Origin: a virus
Strand: one strand, 5' to 3'
Virus record (IMG/VR): IMGVR_UViG_3300012663_001306
Coordinates: 32,001-96,000 of that record
Length of the DNA stretch: 64,000 nucleotides
Shown here: positions 1 through 8,979 of the stretch, piece after piece
How positions within the stretch are numbered: position 1 is the first letter of the stretch
How the letters are laid out: each line of letters opens with the position of its first letter
Notes under the pieces: generated by a model
What the model was told of the DNA's origin: nothing
Database searches by the model: none
Seen by the model: only the letters and a program-made list of their open reading frames with translations
Made by a program: the position numbers and the translations under genes

Positions 1-2266
1 ACAGACTTTCTAATGCACTAATGCCATATGTTTCCGGTAGTTCTGCAGGATATAAGAAATAAGTCGACTCTGCAGAAATTTCAGCAACCTGCTTTTGGCT
101 AATAACTCCAGTGAATTCAATACTAGGGTCATTGATAGCATCACCTACAAGTTCTCTAAAGTTGCGTTCTTGGTCATGTTCCTCGTTGAAGGCGGCACCA
201 AGTTTATAGTAGCCTCCAATAACTTTTAGCTTGGCTTTTGGAATTTGCTGTTTAACTCTAGGCCAAATTACATGTAGTAAAGTACGCAGTCCTTTGCTCA
301 TGTTGGCGTTAAAGAAAAATAGATTTGGATCTTTCTTATCTAAGTCAACGCTGTCAAAGTACTTGCGGATACCATTGCGTGTAATCCACATATGGTCACG
401 GAGTACCTCATAGTTACGTGGTTTGCCGTGATTACAATTCATTACATACATTGTATGGAAATCGCTTAGACACCAAATCTCATCTACAGCACCTGTGGTA
501 ACTAAGTCTTCAATAGTATCATCACCCCAGCTGAATGTGTCGTGCATCCAAAAGACTTTGAACTTGGCATTTTCGCGTAGGCGTTTGAACATCTGATATG
601 GATACTGTCGTGCCGTGTTAATTTGTAAGCTGTAGAACTCCTCGGTTACAAACGGCATAATTGTTCTAGAAGAAACAACTACATCAAAATTGCAAGGATC
701 AGATTCTATATCACTGATAGGTCTATAAGACACTCCGTCATATATACCTGGTGTGCTGTCGTCTTCATTGCATCCGTTGAATACTGTTACATTAAAGCCA
801 ATTTTTTGTAATTCTTTAGCAACTAGAATAACAGCACTTTCACTACCACCAAGACCTCGACGATCCAATGTTCCGCCGTCATAGCTCATTCCAGGAATAT
901 CAACAATAGCAAGTGTGACCTTATTTTTGTCTGGATATACTTTTGTAGTGACTTGAGGAATAATAACTTCCTCAGCATTCATAATTCGACGACCAAATAC
1001 TTTATGTACTCGATAGTTAATCCAATCAACGCGATCTTTTTCTTCTTTAGATAATTCAAGACCTAGCTTGTGATAGAAGTGTTGTTTCCATTGTACCGCA
1101 ACAGTATCCCAAGTACTTACATCTTTAACTGCATTGCAAGCATATTGCTTTTGTTGATGTAGATATGGATTGTGTACTGCACGAAGCACCATATTAATAA
1201 ACTTGTCAAACTGTTTATTAGCATCAATAGCAGGGAATAGACCATTTGGAATAATCGCATAGTCAATCATGTAACTGGCTGCTTCAGTGGCAGTTTCTTC
1301 CATGGCACCAAACTTTGTACCAAACACCGGAGTGTTATAGTTAATAGATTCTAATGTAGCAATTCCGCTGGTCTCAGGAAACGCACCGGGATAAATCATA
1401 TAAGATGATTTTGCCACAATTTCTGCAATTTGAGGTTGCGGAATAATTCCAGTAAACTCTACGCTAGGATCATTCTCATACATCTTCTGTAGACGCATAA
1501 CAGTCTGACCAGCTTCGTTTAACGGTTCGTTTGGAAACTGATAGTAGCCGCCGATGATTTTTAATCTTGCTTCGGGTAATTGTTGTTTTAATCTGGGCCA
1601 AATGTTCTCAAGTAGGGGAACCATACCCTTAGTTACTGATGCATTATAAACGAACTGATTTGGGTCTTTTTGTTTAATATCGACCCAAGGAATCCATCGA
1701 TTCATTGCATTTCTAGTCTGAAATATCTTATTTTTAAGTACTTCTACGTTTCTGCGGGGACCGTGTACGCTATGCGTAGTATAGGCAGTATGCCAGTCGC
1801 TTAATGTGAAGAGTTCGTCTATGTAGCCTTTAACTACTAGCTCTTCGAGGAGGTGATCGCCCCAGCAGAATGAATCCTGTAACCAAAGAATTTTTAGTTG
1901 TCCAGGTCGTTGTACTTGTCTAAATGTGTCAACAGAATGATCGCGTGGTGGCGGTTGCATGACCTGAGGATACAAATGAGGAGGAGTAAACGGTACAACA
2001 GTACGTTGGCTAATAACAATGTCAAAGTTAAATTCACGTTCTTTCAACCGACGAATTTCACAATACTCAACACCGTCATAAATGCCTTCACTGGCGCCTT
2101 CTTTGTTGTTGTCATTAAAAATAGTAACAGAAAAATTTAGTTTTGCTAATTCTCTAGCCACACTAATAATACTACTTTCACTTCCGCCTATACCCTTTTT
2201 GTATAACGTTGTGCCATCGTAGGGTAAACCGATAACATCAATAATTGCAATTTTGAGTGTCTTCAT
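1..2266 (-). CDS. Tandem two-unit GT-B (GT4/group 1-like) glycosyltransferase, 3' end truncated by the window edge
   Basis: Not in the ORF track because it runs off the edge. Read by hand from ATG at 2266: MKTLKIAIIDVIGLPYDG..GIGGSESS. A second copy starts near 925 (KVTLAIVDIPGMSYDG..GLGGSESA). Each unit has a GT4-like E-x7-E motif (FPETSGIATLES; LPETYGISALES). Confidence 0.85.
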   Translation of the reverse strand, partial: MKTLKIAIIDVIGLPYDGTTLYKKGIGGSESSIISVARELAKLNFSVTIFNDNNKEGASEGIYDGVEYCEIRRLKEREFNFDIVISQRTVVPFTPPHLYPQVMQPPPRDHSVDTFRQVQRPGQLKILWLQDSFCWGDHLLEELVVKGYIDELFTLSDWHTAYTTHSVHGPRRNVEVLKNKIFQTRNAMNRWIPWVDIKQKDPNQFVYNASVTKGMVPLLENIWPRLKQQLPEARLKIIGGYYQFPNEPLNEAGQTVMRLQKMYENDPSVEFTGIIPQPQIAEIVAKSSYMIYPGAFPETSGIATLESINYNTPVFGTKFGAMEETATEAASYMIDYAIIPNGLFPAIDANKQFDKFINMVLRAVHNPYLHQQKQYACNAVKDVSTWDTVAVQWKQHFYHKLGLELSKEEKDRVDWINYRVHKVFGRRIMNAEEVIIPQVTTKVYPDKNKVTLAIVDIPGMSYDGGTLDRRGLGGSESAVILVAKELQKIGFNVTVFNGCNEDDSTPGIYDGVSYRPISDIESDPCNFDVVVSSRTIMPFVTEEFYSLQINTARQYPYQMFKRLRENAKFKVFWMHDTFSWGDDTIEDLVTTGAVDEIWCLSDFHTMYVMNCNHGKPRNYEVLRDHMWITRNGIRKYFDSVDLDKKDPNLFFFNANMSKGLRTLLHVIWPRVKQQIPKAKLKVIGGYYKLGAAFNEEHDQERNFRELVGDAINDPSIEFTGVISQKQVAEISAESTYFLYPAELPETYGISALESL

Positions 2267-2272
2267 ATAATG

Positions 2273-2278
2273 TATTTA
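2273..2278 (-). promoter_or_regulatory. T4-type late promoter core TAAATA, 6 nt before the glycosyltransferase ATG
   Basis: Plus strand tattta at 2273-2278; the same motif recurs before many genes in the window. Confidence 0.6.
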
Positions 2279-2301
2279 AGTACGTATATAATAGCACATA
2301 C

Positions 2302-2326
2302 AAAAAAAGGAGTCAACGACTCCTTT
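2302..2326 (-). terminator. Rho-independent terminator downstream of the nuclease gene
   Basis: Hairpin aaaggagtc-aac-gactccttt (2306-2326); the plus-strand A run at 2302-2308 is a U tract on the minus strand. Confidence 0.75.
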
Positions 2327-2343
2327 GATTTTGGTAAAATATG

Positions 2344-2778
2344 TTAGTTACACCAGCTTTGTTTAGCATCACCATAATATTCGCGGGCAAATCCGTTAGC
2401 AATTAACTGTGCTCGTAGACTCTGTCCGTTTAGAATGATGTCGCCCAATACACGACCACCGAATTTATCCCAACCGTATAGGATGACTTGTCGCTGTTGG
2501 CTGGCGTTAATGAGACCTTTAGTGAAAACGCTAGCGGCTTCACCACGTTGCTTTTCGCTGTCGCATTGACCTCTAAATCCTTTTTCCGGAGTATCGACGC
2601 CGTAGACTCGTACTGCAAGTTCGGGCTTAAGGGGTGCAGGTAGAAAGGGGGCGGCGATCACAACTGTGTCGCCATCACTCACTCTTAAAATTTGTGCGTC
2701 ATACATAACGCCCTGTGGTGTTTTTTGTGCGAATGCCAATGCTGGTAGCAGGGCTAATAATAATAGAATTTTTTTCAT
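2344..2778 (-). CDS. Thermonuclease (SNase-like) family nuclease with N-terminal signal peptide
   Basis: DGDT, RVYGVDTPE and DKFGGRVLG motifs; MKKILLLLALLPALAFA leader. Confidence 0.9.
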   Translation of the reverse strand: MKKILLLLALLPALAFAQKTPQGVMYDAQILRVSDGDTVVIAAPFLPAPLKPELAVRVYGVDTPEKGFRGQCDSEKQRGEAASVFTKGLINASQQRQVILYGWDKFGGRVLGDIILNGQSLRAQLIANGFAREYYGDAKQSWCN

Positions 2779-2802
2779 TGTGAACCTTGTGTTAAGTATG
2801 TA

Positions 2803-2810
2803 TATTTATA
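2803..2810 (-). promoter_or_regulatory. Full T4 late promoter consensus TATAAATA upstream of the nuclease gene
   Basis: Plus strand tatttata at 2803-2810; AAGG SD-like sequence before ATG 2778. Confidence 0.65.
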
Positions 2811-2814
2811 ATGG

Positions 2815-4026
2815 TTATGTTAATTCTTTAACTGTAAAAGCAAACCAAACATCCAGTTTAGTACTGTTATCCACACGGCGCATACACAGGGTTAACATAT
2901 TAGGACTGCCTCCACCGTGTAGATTTGCCGGGCCTTCGTCGCCTGATGTATTTTTACCAATAATGATACCACTGTGCCTCTGGTATGTGCCTGCAGGAAC
3001 TGTGAAAGTGTTGCCTTGATTGCTTGAATATTTGTCTTGGTACACACGATACTGACTGTGTTGACCAAATGTGGTCCACGCAGGTATTGCGGCTCCGCTG
3101 ATAGTTAGTGGGCCTTCGTACCATTCGTATACAATGGTACTTTGGTTGGCATTGTTGTTACCAATTTCATATTCTAAAATCTTGATTATGTCTGCGGCAC
3201 TGGCGCTGCCGTTTTGAAAACTGACCACAGGACGCATCGTATCGTCCATAGTCCAACCACGATGGGTATTAGTAGCATGATTGTTGAAAGCATACAATTC
3301 GCCTGGATCTTCTTCCGCAATAACGGTGATGATATCCGTAATAGTGGCAGTGACATTGCCAGTAACTGGTATAGGATTGCCTGAATCGTTCTTAATCTCT
3401 ACTTCTGGCATGGTGCCGATGTTTACTGTGCCAGTTATGGTCCACGGATTTGTACCTTGATAAACTGTACTTGTAGTTGGAAAATTAGTTACGGCGAAAC
3501 TAGTATTGCTGACGGTAACTGTATTGCTTACAAATACAGTTGATGTAAAATTGCTTACTACTACTGTGCCTGTTACTGCTGGTAAACTGCTTACTACCAT
3601 TGTTCCGCTGACGGCAGGCATAGAAGCAATGTTTACCGTTGAAGTAAAATTGTCAACAGTTACATTACCGGTAACACCTACACTCCATGTACCGCTTTGA
3701 ACAGCATACAGTGTACCATTTACATATTGTAGTGCTGGCCAGTTTGTTACTGTGGTGTTTGTGATCCAAGGTAATGTACCTTGATATACTGTACTAGTTG
3801 TTAATTCATTAGTTAAAAATACAGGTACTGGATTTGTTGTAGAATTATTAACACGAACGTTGTCAATTAAATTAACTTCACCGTTGATTGTTAATGTATC
3901 AGTACCTAAAGACACACGTAGATGAGGCAAGTCATCTATGTACTCCATGGCCTTATGGATGTTTAATAGATTAGGATCAGTAGGATGGACATACCCCGTG
4001 GTCGGTTGTCTAATATCAGCTACCAT
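2815..4026 (-). CDS. Putative virion structural protein, Thr/Val-rich with internal repeats
   Basis: 403-aa ORF; repeated TTSTVYQGTxPW and V[TS]NF motifs; lies in the fibre module. Confidence 0.6.
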   Translation of the reverse strand: MVADIRQPTTGYVHPTDPNLLNIHKAMEYIDDLPHLRVSLGTDTLTINGEVNLIDNVRVNNSTTNPVPVFLTNELTTSTVYQGTLPWITNTTVTNWPALQYVNGTLYAVQSGTWSVGVTGNVTVDNFTSTVNIASMPAVSGTMVVSSLPAVTGTVVVSNFTSTVFVSNTVTVSNTSFAVTNFPTTSTVYQGTNPWTITGTVNIGTMPEVEIKNDSGNPIPVTGNVTATITDIITVIAEEDPGELYAFNNHATNTHRGWTMDDTMRPVVSFQNGSASAADIIKILEYEIGNNNANQSTIVYEWYEGPLTISGAAIPAWTTFGQHSQYRVYQDKYSSNQGNTFTVPAGTYQRHSGIIIGKNTSGDEGPANLHGGGSPNMLTLCMRRVDNSTKLDVWFAFTVKELT

Positions 4027-4036
4027 ATATTACTGA

Positions 4037-4333
4037 TTAATCTAGATCTAAAATACTAATTGCGCTTGCGGCTGCTGACACAGCGGCAACTTTGTCACCT
4101 GACTTAAAATTAAAAATCATTTGGCTGCTTGCGGGAATTTGAAATCCAACATTAACACCAGTTACTGGATTTGAACCAAATGCAACAAACGTAGGGCTTG
4201 CTCCAGTAGTGATTAATACTCGTCTAGCGGTAATCGATGTACTTGTTGTTACGGTGCCTGCACCCAACGCCACTGTTGTATATTTGTTGGTACCTGTAGT
4301 TGCAAGGGTTGTTATTGTGTAATACTGACTCAT
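4037..4333 (-). CDS. Hypothetical small beta-rich protein
   Basis: 98-aa ORF, ATGA-coupled to the upstream gene. Confidence 0.7.
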   Translation of the reverse strand: MSQYYTITTLATTGTNKYTTVALGAGTVTTSTSITARRVLITTGASPTFVAFGSNPVTGVNVGFQIPASSQMIFNFKSGDKVAAVSAAASAISILDLD

Positions 4334-4659
4334 TGTATTTGTCCTTTGTTCTGTGCTGAGAAGGTTGGATACATTGCGACACTGTTAGCTCTGATATCCG
4401 CGGGATTTTTAGGACCATTAAGTCCGCCACCCGCATGTACTGTGACGCTGTCAACGCTGGCCACTACTTCTGCAGGGCTATTACTGTACATTTGATGCTG
4501 ATGCGTCAACAAGTCAACTATCTGCTTAAATCTATTTTGATCTACTCCAGTAGCAACTGTTGCGTTGGCAGAAGCCGGATGAATATCAGCTTCTGGTGGG
4601 ATACCGTCGATTTTTTCAATCAAATCTAAAACTCCCCGTATTACTTCAACAGCTCGCAT
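4330..4659 (-). CDS. Hypothetical protein (MRAxE N-terminus)
   Basis: 109-aa ORF with AGGA SD and upstream TAAATA (4684-4689). Confidence 0.7.
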   Translation of the reverse strand: MRAVEVIRGVLDLIEKIDGIPPEADIHPASANATVATGVDQNRFKQIVDLLTHQHQMYSNSPAEVVASVDSVTVHAGGGLNGPKNPADIRANSVAMYPTFSAQNKGQIQ

Positions 4660-4720
4660 ATTGTAATTTCCTAGTTATAGAGATATTTATGCGTTATTTG
4701 AGATATAAGCAAGGGCAATA

Positions 4721-5914
4721 TTAGATAAACCACGTTATAATTGAGTAACGAGTACCGCTGGTCACAGGCAATATTTCATGGGGAAACATAAAATTACTAG
4801 GGAACATTATTACTGAACCTTTTTTCAAGCTATACTTTAATTTTCTATCAAAGAAAGCAAATTCGCCACCTTCGTAACTGTCATTTATTGCAATTGAACA
4901 CGATACTGCTCTAGGCTGAAGTTTATAGCTATCAGTGTGTGTTGTATAAAAACACCCAGTCTTATATTCTAGTAGTTCGTATCCGCTGTCTTCCTCTATA
5001 CGTGCTTCTGGAAATTTTTGATTATACATTCCAATAGCTTTGTTAGTTACTTCCCAAAGTTTATCGTCTAAATTTTTTCGAACCGGTTGGTTTTTTTCAA
5101 TAACGGGCTGGCTAGATAACCCAATCTGATTAACATTTCTAATAGATTTGTTAATAACTCCGTGTCCAACACTTGCTTCGAACCAATCTTCGCAATTTTT
5201 ATATTCTTGTAAAATTTCATCACATAATTCATCAGAAATTAAATTTTCAAAGATACATATATAATCTTTCAAAGATTCGACATGATTACCGACATTAATT
5301 TTTTGAGGCAAATTATTAGAAGGAGATACAAGACCGTCTATAGACTTATCATGCTGTCCCGGCAAATTATTAGTTTGAGCTAATTTGTTATCAAAGTATG
5401 CCCAGGAATTGGGTCCTCTGCTTCTTACATAATGTAAAAATACTTGAACATACTCTTTACCCTTGAATTTTTCTCTCCAATGATCTGCTTCACATCCTAG
5501 ATACATCATTGCATCTCCAGAATCTAAATCTAAAGAAACACTTTCACCGTTGGGTTTTTCTATCCAAATTGGCCAATCTTCATCTTTAGAAAGATGCAGA
5601 GTTAGACTAATGTCACACGCTTCTCGATCACGATGTTTAAGGAGCTCCGATCCTTCTTTATATACTCGTGCGTAAGCGTATGTCGGTAGTACAGTCTCTC
5701 CTAAAAACTTACTAACTTCGGGAGTTTTTTCACACAATAATTCTAGAAAACTTATATAATTATAAGATTTTGATGAATTAGGTGCTTGACTATCGCCGGT
5801 TAAATTATTTTTAGTAGAAAATTTTATAAATTCTTTTGCTAACTCGCAAGCACGTTCGTTAGAAATAAAATTTTTAATATATACAAAATTGGCCGCTTGG
5901 ATATGTGGGTTCAT
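4721..5914 (-). CDS. Two-domain 2OG-Fe(II) oxygenase (prolyl-4-hydroxylase/PKHD-like)
   Basis: Domain 1 has YARVY..KHRD..HWR. Domain 2 has HTD..GGEF..FPHEILPVTSGTRYSIITWF. Start moved to ATG 5914 (ATGA overlap with the upstream gene). Confidence 0.85.
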   Translation of the reverse strand: MNPHIQAANFVYIKNFISNERACELAKEFIKFSTKNNLTGDSQAPNSSKSYNYISFLELLCEKTPEVSKFLGETVLPTYAYARVYKEGSELLKHRDREACDISLTLHLSKDEDWPIWIEKPNGESVSLDLDSGDAMMYLGCEADHWREKFKGKEYVQVFLHYVRSRGPNSWAYFDNKLAQTNNLPGQHDKSIDGLVSPSNNLPQKINVGNHVESLKDYICIFENLISDELCDEILQEYKNCEDWFEASVGHGVINKSIRNVNQIGLSSQPVIEKNQPVRKNLDDKLWEVTNKAIGMYNQKFPEARIEEDSGYELLEYKTGCFYTTHTDSYKLQPRAVSCSIAINDSYEGGEFAFFDRKLKYSLKKGSVIMFPSNFMFPHEILPVTSGTRYSIITWFI

Positions 5915-6183
5915 ACAGTCTCTGGGGGAGGATTTTTTATGTATTGTTCTTCCCACTTGGCTATGCATTTTACTGCCCAATCGGGAAAATCAGCAACACT
6001 GTTTAAGGGAGGATTGGGTCTAGTATCTCTATACTCAATCCATCCACTACCGTTGCGGAATTGCAAAGCGTGAATATCATCAGGTATTCCACAATCGGAA
6101 AAATCAAGTTCATGGTACACCCAAGTGTCTAGGTATACTTGTTTGTCATCTACAATTATAGTGTATCTATTACTCTCTACCAT
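5911..6183 (-). CDS. Hypothetical protein, possible tail-fibre assembly chaperone
   Basis: 90-aa ORF (IHALQF..GWIEY) directly downstream of fibre genes; function inferred from position only. Confidence 0.55.
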   Translation of the reverse strand: MVESNRYTIIVDDKQVYLDTWVYHELDFSDCGIPDDIHALQFRNGSGWIEYRDTRPNPPLNSVADFPDWAVKCIAKWEEQYIKNPPPETV

Positions 6184-6511
6184 TTTTTTCTCCTATATCT
6201 ATAAATTTAGTAGTATCAGCAGTAATAACTGATTTCATATTGACCCCCACTGATGCGGCAAGAACCTGTATATTAGTTTCGTTTGCTTTTACCATTTCGT
6301 TTCGAAAACTTTCAACGGCTGCGCCAGTTTGTCGTTGTTGTCCAGAATTTTCAATCAATAACATAGGTAACAATGCTATTGAGCAATTCCATTCGTCAAC
6401 ACGTTTTCCGGTGTTAATATCGTAGCCTTCCACTTTCATGAACCAGGCACATTTCAAACCCACACATTCTTTTTTAATCAGAGGGCACCAATTTTCTCGT
6501 TTAAGTTCCAT
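6170..6511 (-). CDS. Phage hypothetical protein with Cys motif (CPL..C...CAWF..WNC)
   Basis: 113-aa ORF, AGGAG SD, TAAATA at 6529-6534. Confidence 0.75.
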   Translation of the reverse strand: MELKRENWCPLIKKECVGLKCAWFMKVEGYDINTGKRVDEWNCSIALLPMLLIENSGQQRQTGAAVESFRNEMVKANETNIQVLAASVGVNMKSVITADTTKFIDIGEKNGRE

Positions 6512-6563
6512 ATTAAACTCCTATATTATATTTAAGAAGTTTACAGTCTCTTGAGAAAATTTT

Positions 6564-7889
6564 CTAATCTATACTTGCCAAAATACAATCGACATATTGA
6601 AGAGCAAATTGGGACATCGACCCACCGCTAAAGGTGCCACCGCCAATGGATAACGGATGCGAGTGAGATACACTACCGCCCGCAGGTGCTGTCTGGTAAC
6701 TGGACATGTTATTATAAAATTGTAAGGATCCAGGAACCGGGCCGCCAGCAACGTTAAACCATAGTGGATTATTTGGAGACCCCCAAGAAGAACCAAAATG
6801 TGAATGATTGCTGGAGGCCGCGGTGGCCGCTCCAGTACTTCCACTACCACCACCACCTACTAAACTTCCTGGCCAGGTTTGTCCAGAGGCATGCACCGCA
6901 GTAAAATTAACGTTACCAACAGCAGGTATAGTGTTATCAAAAGCCTCTGATACGTTTGTGGATGGAAATGAACGGCCAGGTCCCCATACTATTCGAACTG
7001 CGCCGTCGCCACCCGAAGCAGGCGTACCTTGATAACCGCCACGTCCACCTCCACCTCCACCAAAGTTGCCGCCGCGTTGAGATTCGACTGGTCCGGTGCC
7101 AAAGCCACCGTCAGCACCACCTGAACCACCTAGACCCCCTCGGCCTGATAAGACAGCGGCGCCGCCATTTGCACCTTGGCCAAATATACCCACACCACCA
7201 CCGGCGCCCCCTACTACGTTTGTCCCACTCCTTCCGCCGCCGCCACCACCACCTGATCCAGCACTTCCAAAAGTAAGGAACCCACCGGATCCCCCCACGC
7301 CGGCATAGCCACCAGCTCCACCCCCAGCTCCATTTTCATAAGTAGGCCCTGAAGAAGTATAACCGGCTCCACTACCGCCGCCACCGCTATTGGTAACTTG
7401 TCCAGCAATATTTGGGTTACCTTGGGGATTACTGCCGCCATTGGCCTGAACGAATGTTACGACTCCCAGAGTAACTGAAGATGGTAATCCGGCCTCGCCT
7501 ACGGTGCCGGCGACAAGCGTCCCAGCACCTCCTCGACCAACGGTAATTGTTAGTGTGTCACCGGGAGTGACTGCTATAGAATTTCTATATGCTAGCCATC
7601 CTCCCGACCCGCCTAGCCCTCCAGAATTAAACCCATTATTTGATCCTGCCTGGCCGCCACCTACTGCAACTATGGATATAGAAGTAACACCTACAGGTAC
7701 AGTCCATGTAGTTGAGCCAGGAGTAGTAAATGCAATCGATCCAGACGGTGTTCCTGAAAAAGGACTAGTACCGACTATTCTTAGAGTATAGTCATCTAAC
7801 GATGTAACTTTTGTCCAACCGGTTGGTGCGTTGGCTTGTTGAAAAACAGTAGTTGTTCTTGCGGGAAAGGTAAATGTTCCGCCTGCCAT
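6564..7889 (-). CDS. Tail-collar-like fibre protein with inserted glycine-rich domain
   Basis: FQQANAPTGWTKVT..DYTLRI, HSH motifs and C-terminal LQYVDCILA are shared with the next two genes; Gly-rich domain in the middle; start moved to ATG 7889 (AAGGA SD). Confidence 0.75.
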   Translation of the reverse strand: MAGGTFTFPARTTTVFQQANAPTGWTKVTSLDDYTLRIVGTSPFSGTPSGSIAFTTPGSTTWTVPVGVTSISIVAVGGGQAGSNNGFNSGGLGGSGGWLAYRNSIAVTPGDTLTITVGRGGAGTLVAGTVGEAGLPSSVTLGVVTFVQANGGSNPQGNPNIAGQVTNSGGGGSGAGYTSSGPTYENGAGGGAGGYAGVGGSGGFLTFGSAGSGGGGGGGRSGTNVVGGAGGGVGIFGQGANGGAAVLSGRGGLGGSGGADGGFGTGPVESQRGGNFGGGGGGRGGYQGTPASGGDGAVRIVWGPGRSFPSTNVSEAFDNTIPAVGNVNFTAVHASGQTWPGSLVGGGGSGSTGAATAASSNHSHFGSSWGSPNNPLWFNVAGGPVPGSLQFYNNMSSYQTAPAGGSVSHSHPLSIGGGTFSGGSMSQFALQYVDCILASID

Positions 7890-7890
7890 A

Positions 7891-8400
7891 TTAATTCCTT
7901 TGAGCGAGGATACAGTCAGCGTATTTGATATCCATGGCAAAAGTGTTGCCAGTATAAGCACCACCGGCCGAAATAGCTGGATGAGTGTGGGAAGATCCAC
8001 CCCCTGCAGGCGGCGTACTTATAGGAAAATAGCTAATAGGACCTATCAAAGATGGATTATTTGCCGGAGTAAACTGCGGAAAGTTAATATTTCCTCCACC
8101 CCTAATACTACTTGTAGCACCCGCCGCCGCACCGGATGGATGACTATGCGATGAAATTTGACTTAAACTTAGCGTAACAGCTCCTATTGAGCCGGAGGCG
8201 GCTGCAGAGCCGGATACAACTACAGGACTAAAACACGTTGTAAATGCAACTGTTCCGCCAGATCCGCCACCGGTACTACTGGTTATTCTAATTCCGTAAT
8301 CGTTAAGCGTGGTTAGTTTTGTCCAACCTACAGGGGCAGTAGTTTGATAAAATAATGTAATACTACCTGATTCAATTGATATATTTGCACTTGCTGGCAT
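7891..8400 (-). CDS. Tail-collar-like short fibre protein
   Basis: FYQTTAPVGWTKLT..DYGIRI, SHSH, SHTH, IKYADCILA. Confidence 0.75.
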   Translation of the reverse strand: MPASANISIESGSITLFYQTTAPVGWTKLTTLNDYGIRITSSTGGGSGGTVAFTTCFSPVVVSGSAAASGSIGAVTLSLSQISSHSHPSGAAAGATSSIRGGGNINFPQFTPANNPSLIGPISYFPISTPPAGGGSSHTHPAISAGGAYTGNTFAMDIKYADCILAQRN

Positions 8401-8401
8401 A

Positions 8402-8968
8402 TTAATTCTTTGTTGCTATAATAATATCTACATATTTAACGGCCATGTTAACTGTTCCGGTAACGGGTCCACCAGCTACAGTTCCCCCTGGATGACTGTG
8501 AGACCCATCTGATCCACCAGGGCCGCCCGCTATAGCCGGCTGGCCATACGTTGATACAGTAGTTTTAACAACACCAACATTCAATGGGCTAACTGACGGG
8601 CCCGGCGCCAATCCAAATGCACTTCCTCCAGGTGAGGAAGAAGTAGAATGAGAATGGGATGGTATATATGTTTGAGAAATTGTAAATGCACCTGCGCTTA
8701 CTGTTAATGGGCCAACACTGCCAGTAGCTTGCCTGGAACTGTAAATAGTAGTGAAAGGGGACAATCCGCCACCAGTAACCCCACCTGGGCCGCTCACTAT
8801 TCTTACTGCACAATTATCAGCAGTAGTAACTCTCGTCCATCCAACGGGCGCAGATGTTTGTCGGAACAGCATAGTCTGTCCTGTAAATTCTGGTTCTGCA
8901 TACCAACTTGAAATTAAATAAAAATCTGAGCTTGCTATGCTGGTAACTGGTCTAATTCGCCCTGGCAT
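8402..8968 (-). CDS. Tail-collar-like short fibre protein
   Basis: FRQTSAPVGWTRVT..AVRI, SHSH twice, VKYVDIIIA; start moved to ATG 8968 (TAAATA 5 nt upstream, avoids overlap). Confidence 0.75.
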   Translation of the reverse strand: MPGRIRPVTSIASSDFYLISSWYAEPEFTGQTMLFRQTSAPVGWTRVTTADNCAVRIVSGPGGVTGGGLSPFTTIYSSRQATGSVGPLTVSAGAFTISQTYIPSHSHSTSSSPGGSAFGLAPGPSVSPLNVGVVKTTVSTYGQPAIAGGPGGSDGSHSHPGGTVAGGPVTGTVNMAVKYVDIIIATKN

Positions 8969-8979
8969 ATTTCTATTTA

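Noticed and set aside
231-2140. Plus-strand ORFs 231-413 and 1898-2140
   Set aside because: Antisense to the glycosyltransferase, which occupies 1-2266 on the minus strand
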